Part shown: one piece after another, positions 18,271-28,140 of the stretch | Numbering within the stretch: position 1 is the stretch's first letter | Layout: the number at the start of each line of letters is the position of its first letter | NCBI RefSeq assembly: GCF_044324785.1 | Contig: NZ_CP172127.1 | Reading direction: 5' to 3' (one strand) | Source of the DNA: Escherichia coli | GTDB taxonomy: Bacteria; Pseudomonadota; Gammaproteobacteria; Enterobacterales; Enterobacteriaceae | DNA length: 64,000 nucleotides | The notes under the pieces: generated by a model | Told to the model about the DNA's origin: nothing | Database searches by the model: none | The model's input: only the letters and a program-made list of their open reading frames with translations | Translations under genes and position numbers: made by a program

Positions 18271-18385
18271 GCACAGACAGCCGGAAATTCAGCTGATTCC
18301 GGCATCCCCGACGGGAACTATCACTCCCGTCAGGGCTGGTGATGTTCTCCGTCATATCTTTTTTTCACTCCATGGAGAAATCATC

Positions 18386-18850
18386 ATGTCTGCAACTAAC
18401 TCTACTTCTGCAAAAACTGAATACTTCAACCTGACCATGAAAGGTCTTGGGTATCTCAGCAATGTACGTCAGGTTAACCATCAGAACGGTTCGTTCCTCA
18501 GCTGTGTGATTAACGCACTGAGTGGACCAACGGACAATCCGTCCTATACGCGTTTTGATGTTACGGTTGCCGGTAAAGAGGCGACCACCCTGATCTCCCG
18601 CTGCCAGAAAGCAGTGGATGAGGACCGCAAGGTACTGCTTGGTTTTACGTTAAGCAACCTTGCCACCGACATTTTCACCCTGAACAAGGGGGAGCATGCC
18701 GGTGAGCAACGCGTCAGCCTGAAAGCCCGCCTGATCAAGGTGGACTGGATAAAAATAGGCCAGGAGCAGGTCTATAAGGCTGAAAAAGCGGAGTCCCAGC
18801 CACCGAGCCATGGCACCACAAAACGTGAATACGCAGAAGACTCCTTCTGA
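18386..18850 (+). CDS. Conserved ICE protein preceding ssb (STY4534-type family by recall)
   Basis: SD GGAGAAA before ATG 18386; conserved neighbour of ssb in this ICE family. Confidence 0.65.
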   Translation: MSATNSTSAKTEYFNLTMKGLGYLSNVRQVNHQNGSFLSCVINALSGPTDNPSYTRFDVTVAGKEATTLISRCQKAVDEDRKVLLGFTLSNLATDIFTLNKGEHAGEQRVSLKARLIKVDWIKIGQEQVYKAEKAESQPPSHGTTKREYAEDSF

Positions 18851-18949
18851 TCGCGTATTTTTCTCACTGCCTCCCTGATAAAGAAAACAGACCACCATCA
18901 GGGAGGTCTGTTTTCTTATTGTGTTTACTGAACTTTAAGGAAACAAATT

Positions 18950-19153
18950 ATGACTTCTACAAACGGTATTCTCGCAGCTGCGGCAGGTTATACATTACCT
19001 CTGGAAATACTCAAAAGTGGGCGCGGATATTATATTGGCACTCAGTGTTGTGAGGGGCCGGTATCCCGTGAATCAGAAGAGTATTTCAAAAAATATGAGC
19101 AGGCTGAGCGGGCGCTGAAAAATGGCACCTGGACACAACGTCATGCCTGGTAA
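18950..19153 (+). CDS. Small hypothetical protein
   Basis: 67 aa; SD AAGGAAA before ATG. Confidence 0.45.
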   Translation: MTSTNGILAAAAGYTLPLEILKSGRGYYIGTQCCEGPVSRESEEYFKKYEQAERALKNGTWTQRHAW

Positions 19154-19165
19154 TGAGGAGGTGCT

Positions 19166-19723
19166 ATGGCTTCACGTGGCGTAAACAAAGTTATCCTGAT
19201 AGGACATCTGGGGCAGGATCCGGATATCCGGTATTTCCCCAATGGCGGTGGCGTTGTGGCGAATCTGTCACTGGCGACCAGCGACACCTGGCGGGATAAA
19301 CAGAGCGGTGAAATGAAGGAAGTCACTGAATGGCACCGCGTTGTTCTCTATGGAAAACTGGCTGAAGTTGCCTGCGAGTACCTGCATAAGGGGTCGCAGG
19401 TGTATATAGAAGGCCAGCTTAAAACCCGTAAATGGTTTGACCAGCAGAATGGTGTGGACCGTTATTCAACTGAGGTTGTTGTGGGCGTGAATGGTGTCAT
19501 GCAGATGCTGGGTTCATCGCGTCAGCAGGGCGCTTCCGGTAATGGTGCTTCAGCACCGGCACAAGGGGGCCAGGGACAGCCGCCGAAGACGACCGGACAG
19601 ACTGGTCGTGCTACCCGGACAACTTCAACAGGTAATGGTGCTCCACCTGTGGACTTTGACGATGATATCCCCTTTATGGGGATCGGGTATGGCATGGAAC
19701 GGCGAATTATTCATGCCATGTAA
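19166..19723 (+). CDS. ssb: Single-stranded DNA-binding protein with C-terminal extension
   Basis: OB-fold N-terminus ([28 protein letters not shown]...), Gly/Gln-rich linker, acidic tip DFDDDIPF followed by 15 extra residues before stop. Confidence 0.9.
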   Translation: MASRGVNKVILIGHLGQDPDIRYFPNGGGVVANLSLATSDTWRDKQSGEMKEVTEWHRVVLYGKLAEVACEYLHKGSQVYIEGQLKTRKWFDQQNGVDRYSTEVVVGVNGVMQMLGSSRQQGASGNGASAPAQGGQGQPPKTTGQTGRATRTTSTGNGAPPVDFDDDIPFMGIGYGMERRIIHAM

Positions 19724-19769
19724 TATTAACCATGGGGCGATACGCCCCACTTTTTTATCCGGAGGTTAC

Positions 19770-20714
19770 GTGAGTGAAAAAGTTAACAAAATCACTATGA
19801 TTCATGACGGGGCGTTAAAGAAGACGCTTGAAGATCCCGCAGCAGTAAGGGACTTTCTTGAACAGGTCTTGACACACGATCAGATATCCCGCTGTAATCT
19901 TGATACAATAGAAGTTGAAAAGAATTCGTTCGTGACGGAAAGTTTGCGTCAGCATGCCTGTGATGTTTTGATCAGCATGAAGACAAACGACGGCAGGGAC
20001 GGATACATTTATACCTTAATCGAGCACCAGAGTTCGCCGGATAAATTCATCCCGCTGCGTATGATGCGATATATCCTGGCTGTAATGGAGCAACATGTTG
20101 AAAAGCATAAGTGTGCACCTGTGGTGATCCCCGTGCTGTTTTATCATGGTGCAGTGCGGCCATATCCGTATCCGCTGAACTGGGTGGATTGTCTGGATGA
20201 CCCGGAGTACGGACGTGAGATTTATGGCGAGTCAAAGCCATTCAGTCTGGTGGATGTCAGTACGCTTGATGATGATGAAATTGAGCAGTATCGCCGGATG
20301 GCGGCGCTGATGTACACCATGAAGTCCGGAACTCAGGGTGATTTGATTGAGCTGATTGGTAAATCGATCACACTGACGGATAAGTATGGCAGCAGCGTTC
20401 ACCTGAATACGGTGCTTACTTATCTGATGGAACTTTACCAGATGGATGTTGCTGAACTTTTTGAAGCAATATCCACACACTATCCCAGCCACAAGGGGGT
20501 GATTATGACGATAGCGGAACAACTGGAAGAGAAAGGCCTTGAGAAAGGCCGTGCTGAAGGTCTTGCTGAAGGCCGTGCTGAAGAGCGTCAAAAAGCGCTT
20601 GCAGAAACCTATGCATCTGTCCGTCGCATGAGTGATATGGGGATGTCAACAGAAGTTATTAAGCAAGCTCTTCAGCTTTCTGATGAACAGATTCAGGAAG
20701 CGCTTAATAATTAA
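19770..20714 (+). CDS. Rpn-family (YhgA-like) recombination-promoting nuclease
   Basis: DGYIYTLIEHQSSPDKFIPLRMMRY, PVLFYHG, C-terminal GLEKGRAEGLAEGRAEE repeats; resembles E. coli RpnA by recall; GTG start 19770 after GGAGG. Confidence 0.75.
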   Translation: MSEKVNKITMIHDGALKKTLEDPAAVRDFLEQVLTHDQISRCNLDTIEVEKNSFVTESLRQHACDVLISMKTNDGRDGYIYTLIEHQSSPDKFIPLRMMRYILAVMEQHVEKHKCAPVVIPVLFYHGAVRPYPYPLNWVDCLDDPEYGREIYGESKPFSLVDVSTLDDDEIEQYRRMAALMYTMKSGTQGDLIELIGKSITLTDKYGSSVHLNTVLTYLMELYQMDVAELFEAISTHYPSHKGVIMTIAEQLEEKGLEKGRAEGLAEGRAEERQKALAETYASVRRMSDMGMSTEVIKQALQLSDEQIQEALNN

Positions 20715-20782
20715 CCTCACATCGTAATGATGTGGCAGAGCGCGACTGATGCGTCAGAATGCGTGATGCCCTGTGAACACAG

Positions 20783-20810
20783 CGCCTGCCATTGTGCAGG
20801 CGTTTTTTTT
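20783..20810 (+). terminator. Rho-independent terminator
   Basis: CGCCTGC-cattgt-GCAGGCG followed by T8. Confidence 0.6.
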
Positions 20811-20904
20811 GTCAACCGGAAATCAGTTGTTCATTGAGCCTCCCCTCACTTCTTCTGCAAATTGACCTCTGACTTTATCACTTCACTGCAGAGGTAATTC
20901 CCTG

Positions 20905-21483
20905 ATGAAAATATCCCTTCTTTTTTCCGCGCTGTCTGCCTGTGTGTTGCTGGCGGGGTGCCAGAGTCCGCAAAAACTGCAGCAGAGGGCGGCTGCCGTC
21001 CCGGTACCGTCGGTGACAGTCAGCAACAATGTCCGTCCGGCAAATCCGGATGTGTACGCCGGTGCGGCGACACCGGAGGTGGTGCGTTATGACCGCTATC
21101 TGCTGGTTAACACGGCACCGGATACGGTACAGCGTGACCCGCTTTCCCAGGTGATTGACATCCGCATTCCGGCATCACTGAAGCCGACGGTGGCGGATGC
21201 GATGCGTTATGCCCTGAAACAGTCCGGCTACACACTCTGCGCCACGGGGCCTGCCAACGGTGTGCTCTACCGTCAGCCGCTACCGGCCGTGCAGTACCAG
21301 ACCGGGCCGGTCAGACTGCGGAGCGCGCTGCAGATGATGGCGGGGCCGGCATGGCAGCTTGAGGTGGATGATGTGCAGCGCGTGGTCTGTCACAGTCTGC
21401 GTGAGGGTTATCAGTTACCGGCACGCCAGCTGGCGCCGGTACCGGCGGTGGTGAAGGTATCCGGTGCGGAGCAGAAAAAATGA
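20905..21483 (+). CDS. pilL: PilL-like lipoprotein of GI-type conjugative T4SS
   Basis: Signal peptide with lipobox LLAGC; first gene of T4SS block as in PAPI-1/SPI-7 (recall). Confidence 0.7.
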   Translation: MKISLLFSALSACVLLAGCQSPQKLQQRAAAVPVPSVTVSNNVRPANPDVYAGAATPEVVRYDRYLLVNTAPDTVQRDPLSQVIDIRIPASLKPTVADAMRYALKQSGYTLCATGPANGVLYRQPLPAVQYQTGPVRLRSALQMMAGPAWQLEVDDVQRVVCHSLREGYQLPARQLAPVPAVVKVSGAEQKK

Positions 21484-22259
21484 GTGAAAAGCAACAGGAG
21501 ATATCAGCCGCTGCAGGTGGTTCAGGTGGCACCACACCGTCAGGAAGGGCGAAACGGCGTCCCTCTCCCGGTCTGTTCGCAGGGCTGGTGACGGTGGTGA
21601 TGATGGCGATCGCGGTTGCCGGTCTGGTTCGTTATACGGGAGAGCAGGACAGGCGAATGACTGCGCTGGCGGTGCAGATGAAGGCGTATTCTGATGCGCT
21701 CGCCTTGTCCGGAACGGAACTGGTACCACTGAGGGAGAGGCTGGCTGAGACCGAAAAACAGCTGAAGAGTGTGGCGGAACGTATTTCTCAGCTGGAAAAG
21801 CGTCCTGCACTGACGGAGGAAGAGCATGCGCGTACGGGAGAGATGGCCGCCAGCCTGGCATCACTGCAGACCTCACTGGCGCAACAGGGAGAAACGCTTC
21901 GCACGTATGAGCAGCGACTGGAGAAGGTGGAGAAGACTTCAGTCACCCCGGTATCACCGTCATCTGCGAAAGGCGCGGGCGGGACGATGAAGGGCACAGC
22001 GGCGGTTGCGCCACAGAAGAAACGAATGTCTGCCGGCGTGCCGGTGGTCAGTCGTACCGCGCCGTTTGTTCTGACCGGGACAGAGCAGCGGGGAGGCCGT
22101 ACGTATGCGGCAGTGGCCCCCCGTGGATTCAGCAGTCTTGCTGATGTGACGTTACTGGGTGAAGGGGAGAGCACGACAGGCTGGGTGCTTGAGCGTGCAG
22201 GACGTGGCGAGGCCACGTTCCGGGTGAATGGTCGTCAGGTCCGGGTCATGGTGGAGTGA
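21480..22259 (+). CDS. T4SS-associated membrane-anchored coiled-coil protein
   Basis: One TM helix then long helical region; translationally coupled within conjugation block. Confidence 0.65.
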   Translation: MSEKQQEISAAAGGSGGTTPSGRAKRRPSPGLFAGLVTVVMMAIAVAGLVRYTGEQDRRMTALAVQMKAYSDALALSGTELVPLRERLAETEKQLKSVAERISQLEKRPALTEEEHARTGEMAASLASLQTSLAQQGETLRTYEQRLEKVEKTSVTPVSPSSAKGAGGTMKGTAAVAPQKKRMSAGVPVVSRTAPFVLTGTEQRGGRTYAAVAPRGFSSLADVTLLGEGESTTGWVLERAGRGEATFRVNGRQVRVMVE

Positions 22260-22263
22260 GAAA

Positions 22264-22983
22264 ATGAAGCTGAAAAGTCTGTCACTGGCGCTCATGCTGC
22301 TGTCCCTGCAGGCGATGGCCGCCGTACAGGAGAGTACGCAGCAGGGAACGCGCACCTCCTCATCCTCTCAGGTCAGTACCACCACACAGGAACTGCAGCA
22401 GCAGGCCGGGCAGTGGGGACTCAGTGAGGAAGATTACCGGCGTTACCGTACCCTGATGGAAGGTCCCCGCGGTATTCAGTCTCCGGGGCTGGACCCGCTG
22501 ACGGTACTGGGGATTGAAGCGCGGACGGATGCAGAGCGCAGGGTGCTGGCCGAAAAATGGGTTAAAGCTGAGTATGAACGCACTGAGAAGGAACTGGCTT
22601 TCCAGCGTGAAGTGAATGCCGCCTGGAAACGGTTGTATCCGGGGGTGATGCCGGTCAGCCTGGGGAATTCTGCCGGCATCGCCCGTGACACCGGGGGACG
22701 TCTTGCCCTGTTTGTCAGGTCGAAAGACTGCAGTACCTGTGATGCGCGGCTGGCCGCCGTGCTTTCATCCGGTCGTCAGGTGGATATTTACCTGGTCGAC
22801 AGTCAGGGAAATGATGAAAAGCTGAGGCAGTGGGCCCGGGAGCACAGTATCCCGGCAGACCGTGTGCGCAGTCGCCACATCACGCTGAACCATGACGGCG
22901 GTCGCTGGCTGCGGTTTGGGGAGGGGAGAATGCCGGTGGTACTTCAGCAGGGGGCTGACGGATGGCGCGTGGCAGCCTTCTGA
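22264..22983 (+). CDS. ICE conjugation protein with signal peptide (thioredoxin/DsbC-like, by recall)
   Basis: MKLKSLSLALMLLSLQAMA signal; SD GGAG before ATG 22264. Confidence 0.65.
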   Translation: MKLKSLSLALMLLSLQAMAAVQESTQQGTRTSSSSQVSTTTQELQQQAGQWGLSEEDYRRYRTLMEGPRGIQSPGLDPLTVLGIEARTDAERRVLAEKWVKAEYERTEKELAFQREVNAAWKRLYPGVMPVSLGNSAGIARDTGGRLALFVRSKDCSTCDARLAAVLSSGRQVDIYLVDSQGNDEKLRQWAREHSIPADRVRSRHITLNHDGGRWLRFGEGRMPVVLQQGADGWRVAAF

Positions 22984-23618
22984 TGTCGCTGCTGCTGATG
23001 GCAGTCAGCATTCCGGCGGGGGCGGCGCTGCATGATATCCCGGAGGGATACGTGCGTGTGGCGGAACAGCATGGTGTTCCGGCAGAAGTACTCTATGCCG
23101 TCTCGCTGACCGAGACGGCCATGGTCCCCTCCGCCATTGGTGCTGTAATGAAAAAACGGAATGAGGATTACAGGGTACCAGCAGTGGCACGTCCCTGGCC
23201 CTGGACCATCAATGTGGCGGGCCGGGGATACCGCTATGCCAGTCGACTGGAGGCCTGGCAGGCCCTCCAGGTTTTTCTGAAACGATATCCGGCCCGACGG
23301 ATTGATGTGGGGATAGCCCAGGTCAATCTGGGCTGGAACGGGCACCGTTTTGCGTCCACATGGGCGGCATTTGACCCGTACACCAGTCTGAACACGGCGG
23401 CGGTCATCCTGAGAGAATGTCGCCGTCGCCATCCTGACAGCTGGCTGCAGGCTGCCGGCTGTTATCACCATCCGGCAGGCGGCGCACCCGCAGTACGCTA
23501 CATCGCGCTGGTGAGGCGGCATATTGACCGCCTCCACCGTGATGCGGTCAGTACGTCAGGTGTGACTGCCATGAATCCCCGTTATATCCGGACAGAACCC
23601 CGGGAGTTAACCCCATGA
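22962..23618 (+). CDS. Lytic transglycosylase (SLT-domain) of T4SS
   Basis: Signal peptide; ...EVLYAVSLTETAM... SLT-like catalytic Glu region. Confidence 0.7.
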   Translation: MARGSLLMSLLLMAVSIPAGAALHDIPEGYVRVAEQHGVPAEVLYAVSLTETAMVPSAIGAVMKKRNEDYRVPAVARPWPWTINVAGRGYRYASRLEAWQALQVFLKRYPARRIDVGIAQVNLGWNGHRFASTWAAFDPYTSLNTAAVILRECRRRHPDSWLQAAGCYHHPAGGAPAVRYIALVRRHIDRLHRDAVSTSGVTAMNPRYIRTEPRELTP

Positions 23619-24142
23619 AACGATTTAAACGATATGTCATGACGACCGCAACGGGTCTGTTGCTGTGCGCGGCTCAGGCCGGCGCGGAGCTCAGGGTGAT
23701 TGCTGACCTTGGTGGCAGTGATGCCGGCAGGTTTTATGAAGCAATAAACCGCCAGGCGGACAGCGGAACGTCGTCGCCTGTCACGGCGCTGCTGCCGCAG
23801 GGGGAGAGTGCGATGCTGCCTGTTTCCACGCCGGAAATGTCTCCCGGAGAGGTGACGCCGAGGCCACTGCAGTTACCGGGGCTGGGGGCACTGTTCCTCG
23901 TGGGGGATGATGCACTCTCCCGTCAGTGGCTGCAGGCGAATGCGGCCGCGCTGCTTGAAAGGAAGGCTGCCGGTATGGTGGTGAGCGTGACGAATGAGAG
24001 CGGTCTGCAGGCGCTGCGGGCGCTGGCTCCCGGTGTGATGATGGTACCGGCTTCCGGTTCAGCACTGGCCCGCCGTCTGCAGCTTGACCACTGGCCGGTG
24101 CTGATAACGGACAGTGGTATCAGCAGTGTGGTGATGCCGTGA
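23615..24142 (+). CDS. ICE conjugation protein (secreted)
   Basis: Signal peptide LLCAAQAGA; SD GGGAG before ATG. Confidence 0.65.
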   Translation: MKRFKRYVMTTATGLLLCAAQAGAELRVIADLGGSDAGRFYEAINRQADSGTSSPVTALLPQGESAMLPVSTPEMSPGEVTPRPLQLPGLGALFLVGDDALSRQWLQANAAALLERKAAGMVVSVTNESGLQALRALAPGVMMVPASGSALARRLQLDHWPVLITDSGISSVVMP

Positions 24143-24732
24143 TGCAGAGACAACTGACGGACCTGTTACAGGAAGGCGCGTGGCACGGCATTCTGCTGTG
24201 CGTTCTGGTCGTGCTGTTTCTGTTTTTTCCGCGCCTGTGGGGGCGATGCAGGCATCGTGAACGCGCCAGTGAGCGTCGTCACCGCCGTTACCGCGCTGCG
24301 GCTGAACGTGTGCTGACAAAGCTGCCGGAAGGTGGGGCGGGTGTGAAATACCTGCGAAAAATTAACCCGTATGTGTTTGAAGAACTGCTGCTTCTGGCGT
24401 TTGAACGCAGGGGGATGGCGGTCATCCGTAACACACGTTACAGCGGAGATGGTGGCCTGGATGGTCAGGTGCTGATTGACGGCGAGCGGTGGCTGATTCA
24501 GGCCAAACGTTACGGACGGACCATCCGTCCGTCGCATATTGATGATTTTGGTGACCTGCTGCGCCGTGAAGGCTGCCGTGGATTTTTTATTCACACCGGT
24601 CGTACGGGACCTGCCAGCCGGGCACGGCTGGCGCTGTGGCCGGATATTGAGCTGGTCAGCGGGCAGCGTCTGCTGAAACTGCTGAACGGGGCATTGCTGC
24701 CGGATGAACTTACCAGAGGAGCGCGGAGATGA
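24139..24732 (+). CDS. Membrane-anchored restriction-endonuclease-like (Mrr-cat-like) protein
   Basis: N-terminal TM segment; C-terminal ...YSGDGGLDGQVLIDGERWLIQAKRY... resembles PD-(D/E)xK Mrr catalytic core (recall). Confidence 0.6.
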   Translation: MMQRQLTDLLQEGAWHGILLCVLVVLFLFFPRLWGRCRHRERASERRHRRYRAAAERVLTKLPEGGAGVKYLRKINPYVFEELLLLAFERRGMAVIRNTRYSGDGGLDGQVLIDGERWLIQAKRYGRTIRPSHIDDFGDLLRREGCRGFFIHTGRTGPASRARLALWPDIELVSGQRLLKLLNGALLPDELTRGARR

Positions 24733-25241
24733 TGACGGTAAAACGGATGTTTATGTTTTTATTCAGAATAACGATTGTCTGGCCATCCGTGCTGACAGGA
24801 TGCGTGATGATGCTGTATTTCGCGAAGGTCGCCGGCGGTGGTGTGGCGGGACTGGAGCAGCGTTACGGGGTGGAATCCGCCCGCTGGCGTGATGCGCCGG
24901 AAGGGATGGTGATGACAGTGCAGTGCCCGTCGCGTCCCTTTATGGCGTCTGTGAGCACCGGGGAGTGGCGTGCACTGGCTGCATCTGATGATGAATGCAG
25001 CCAGGTTTCGCGCTCTTTCAGAGAAGCTGCAGAGGGCGATGCGCAGTCGCTGCGCAGAGTGGCAGTGACACTGCTGCTGGCATCCGTGGTTCTGGAAGCG
25101 TTTTCAGCCTGCATTCTGCGCCGGGTAACGGCATCCGTCCGGGTATCACCACACTGTGGATATGGCTGCGGACGTGGTGCGGTGGCGCACTGGCCAGAGA
25201 GCAGCGTTCACACTGCACCGGAGAAAGGAGAGCGGGTGTGA
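24729..25241 (+). CDS. Putative lipoprotein
   Basis: Hydrophobic N-terminus with LTGC lipobox; low-complexity remainder lowers confidence. Confidence 0.4.
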   Translation: MMTVKRMFMFLFRITIVWPSVLTGCVMMLYFAKVAGGGVAGLEQRYGVESARWRDAPEGMVMTVQCPSRPFMASVSTGEWRALAASDDECSQVSRSFREAAEGDAQSLRRVAVTLLLASVVLEAFSACILRRVTASVRVSPHCGYGCGRGAVAHWPESSVHTAPEKGERV

Positions 25242-26023
25242 ACGTTTCATTTACTGAACAGGTGCAGAGGGATATGCCGCAATGGGCGAATGACCCGTTA
25301 CTGGCATGGGATGCCACCGCGTTTGCGGCAATGTCGGATTTTATTACAGAGCACTACTGGACGGGACAGGGCAGCATCAATGTGTTCCGCATTGTGGGAA
25401 CTGACCATCCACAGTATGCCGGAATGACCTGGCTGGAGCTGCTGGAGCGCGGTAACCGTATGGACATCAATATCCCGTTACTGGAAAAAAATCCGGGATA
25501 CTACACGCAGGCAGAGCAACAGCATGCCGGGATGAGTTTTGTCAGCACGGATGGCGTTGACTGGTATGTCAGTGCAGACGGCAATCACCGCAGTTGCCTG
25601 GCACGCTTTCTGTTTCACCTGCAGGGGGAGGAGCGCACACAGCTTCACAACGTGGCACAGAGTATTTATCACACAGACCGGGCGTTCTGGTCTGCCTGCC
25701 GGGAAATCCACAACCTGACTGACGCGCTGTCCCGGCATGGTGTGTATATCCGTCTGCAGACCCGACGGCAGTGTGTTGCCCGCGAAGACCTGGCCTGCTG
25801 GAAAGTGGACCGTTTCAGCACAGAGGCGCAGCTGACAGTGGATGACGTGCGTGCCGGCGGACATGATATGCCTGCGGTGTATAAGACGTTGCTGCTGAAT
25901 GCAGCAGACGCATGGCGTGAGGTGATGGTATTACAGCGCAGACTGGAGGCGCTGTCTGCATCACCGGGGAACGATTTGCCACGCACATGGTGGCGACGTC
26001 TTTTACGGAAGGGGGACATGTAA
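25238..26023 (+). CDS. ICE conjugation-block hypothetical protein
   Basis: GTG 25238 after AAAGGAGAG; stop overlaps traD start (TAATG). Confidence 0.55.
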   Translation: MNVSFTEQVQRDMPQWANDPLLAWDATAFAAMSDFITEHYWTGQGSINVFRIVGTDHPQYAGMTWLELLERGNRMDINIPLLEKNPGYYTQAEQQHAGMSFVSTDGVDWYVSADGNHRSCLARFLFHLQGEERTQLHNVAQSIYHTDRAFWSACREIHNLTDALSRHGVYIRLQTRRQCVAREDLACWKVDRFSTEAQLTVDDVRAGGHDMPAVYKTLLLNAADAWREVMVLQRRLEALSASPGNDLPRTWWRRLLRKGDM

Positions 26024-28140
26024 TGAGCAACCGCTATGTCATTGAGGCATTGCTGAGACCGGCTGTGGAGTTCAATACGGCAGTGGTGGCAGCAACAGCA
26101 GCATGTATCTGTGTGACAGCCCCCTGGGCGGTGGCGCTGGCACCCACCGTCAGTTACGCCACTGCCGGTGGATTTGCCCTGCTGGCCGTGGTGCGTTTCC
26201 GGCAGGGGATGAACATCATCCGGTATCGCCGTAATCTGCGCCGGCTGCCCCGCTATGTGATGAGTACACGGCAGATCCCGCTCAGCCGTCAGCGGCTGTT
26301 TCTGGGGCGGGGATTTCGCTGGACCCAGAAGCATACCCAGCGTCTCCAGGATACGCTGCGACCGGAGGTGGCACACTATCTGCAGCCGGGCGGACTTTAC
26401 CGGCTGGCGCGCTGGCTGGAAATGAAAACGGAACACCGTCTGCCCGCGCTGGGGAAACTGCTCCGGCATGAGTCGTCGCTGAATCCTGTGCGTCCTCTGC
26501 CGCCGGTGGGGGGAAATCCCGCCCTGCATGGTATTGAGCCGGATGAACAGGATGTGACGCTGGCTCTGGGGGAGCGTGTGGGGCATACCATTGTCTACGG
26601 CACCACCCGTGTCGGTAAAACCCGCCTGGCAGAACTGCTGGTCACTCAGGATATCCGCAGGGGAGAGGTGACCATTGTGTTTGATCCCAAAGGTGATGCT
26701 GATCTGCTGCTGCGTGTCTGGGCGGAAGCACACCGTGCCGGGCGGGGTGATGAACTGTATATTTTCCATCTGGGATGGCCGGAAATTTCGGCCCGATATA
26801 ATGCGGTGGGACGCTTCGGGCGTGTTTCGGAAGTGGCTTCCCGTGTGGCCGGTCAGTTGTCCGGTGAAGGGAACTCGGCGGCTTTCCGCGAGTTCGCCTG
26901 GCGGTTCGTCAACATCATTTCCCGCGCCCTGGTGGCACTCGGTGAGCGCCCGGACTACCTGCTGATTGTGCGGTATGTGAACAACATAGCCGATCTCTAT
27001 ATCCGCTATGCCGGAAAGGTGATCCGCGAGCGCATGCCGGAACTGGAGCAGGCGATTGCGAATAACCAGAATGTGATCAGCGAGGAGGATGTTCCCCGCA
27101 CCATGCAGAACCAGCCGGATGCGGTACGTATCTGGTCCATCGAGATGGCCCTGAGCAGTGAGGAGGGTAAAAAAATTTACGATCCGATCCTGGACGGGCT
27201 TCGCAGTGCGGTCCGCTATGACCGTACCTATTTTGACAAAATCGTGGCGTCCCTGCTGCCGCTGCTGGAAAAACTCACCACGGGCAGGATCGCAGAGCTG
27301 CTGGCACCGGACTATCTGGACATGAACGATGCGCGACCGATTTTTGACTGGGAACAGGTGATCCGTAAAAAGGCGGTGGTCTATATCGGCCTGGATGCAC
27401 TCAGCGACAGTGTGGTAGCCAGTGCTGTGGGGAATTCGATGTTTGCGGACCTGGTGAGCGTGGCGGGGCATATCTACAAGCACGGCATGCATGCCGGTCT
27501 GCCCGGTAAGGGGGAAGGCAAAAATGTGGTGAACCTGCACTGCGATGAGTTTAACGAACTGATGGGGGATGAGTTTATTCCGCTCATTAACAAGGGGGGC
27601 GGTGCCGGTATGCAGGTCACCGCGTACACCCAGACATCGTCAGATATTGAAGCGCGTATCGGTAATGCAGCCAAAACGGCGCAGGTTCAGGGAAACTTCA
27701 ACAACATGATCATGCTGCGTGTCAGGGAGAACAGGACGGCAGAGCTGCTGACCACACAACTGCCTCAGGTGGAGATCTACACCAAGACGCTGGTCTCCGG
27801 TCACCAGGATACGGCGGACGTGTCTGCCGGTCAGGATTTCACGTCCAGCACCCAGGATCGTGTCGGCACGGTGAAGGTACCTCTGCTGGAGCCGTCAGAT
27901 ATTGTCACCCTGCCCAAGGGACAGGCGTTTGCCCTGCTGGAAGGGGGGCAGTTGTGGAAAATCCGGATGCCGCTGCCGGCAGGGGATACGGATGACGTGC
28001 TGATGCCGGAGAACATTGCCCGGGTGGCAGAGGCGATGAGACAGAACTATCACACCGGTGAAGGATGGTGGAATGAGCCGCCGTCAGCGCAGGCCGCCGG
28101 AACAGATGAAGGAGGCGGATATGGCGGAAGCGCGTCGTGA
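26023..28140 (+). CDS. traD: Conjugative coupling protein TraD (T4CP, GI-type)
   Basis: Two N-terminal TM helices, Walker A GTTRVGKT, TraD/VirD4-like architecture. Confidence 0.85.
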   Translation: MSNRYVIEALLRPAVEFNTAVVAATAACICVTAPWAVALAPTVSYATAGGFALLAVVRFRQGMNIIRYRRNLRRLPRYVMSTRQIPLSRQRLFLGRGFRWTQKHTQRLQDTLRPEVAHYLQPGGLYRLARWLEMKTEHRLPALGKLLRHESSLNPVRPLPPVGGNPALHGIEPDEQDVTLALGERVGHTIVYGTTRVGKTRLAELLVTQDIRRGEVTIVFDPKGDADLLLRVWAEAHRAGRGDELYIFHLGWPEISARYNAVGRFGRVSEVASRVAGQLSGEGNSAAFREFAWRFVNIISRALVALGERPDYLLIVRYVNNIADLYIRYAGKVIRERMPELEQAIANNQNVISEEDVPRTMQNQPDAVRIWSIEMALSSEEGKKIYDPILDGLRSAVRYDRTYFDKIVASLLPLLEKLTTGRIAELLAPDYLDMNDARPIFDWEQVIRKKAVVYIGLDALSDSVVASAVGNSMFADLVSVAGHIYKHGMHAGLPGKGEGKNVVNLHCDEFNELMGDEFIPLINKGGGAGMQVTAYTQTSSDIEARIGNAAKTAQVQGNFNNMIMLRVRENRTAELLTTQLPQVEIYTKTLVSGHQDTADVSAGQDFTSSTQDRVGTVKVPLLEPSDIVTLPKGQAFALLEGGQLWKIRMPLPAGDTDDVLMPENIARVAEAMRQNYHTGEGWWNEPPSAQAAGTDEGGGYGGSAS

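Noticed and set aside
25669-27540. 623-aa minus-strand ORF antisense to traD, and similar long antisense ORFs at 31460-32593, 35032-35790 and 39045-40322
   Set aside because: High-GC coding regions generate long open antisense frames; products are His/Arg/Pro-rich and lack SDs, while the sense-strand genes have clear motifs
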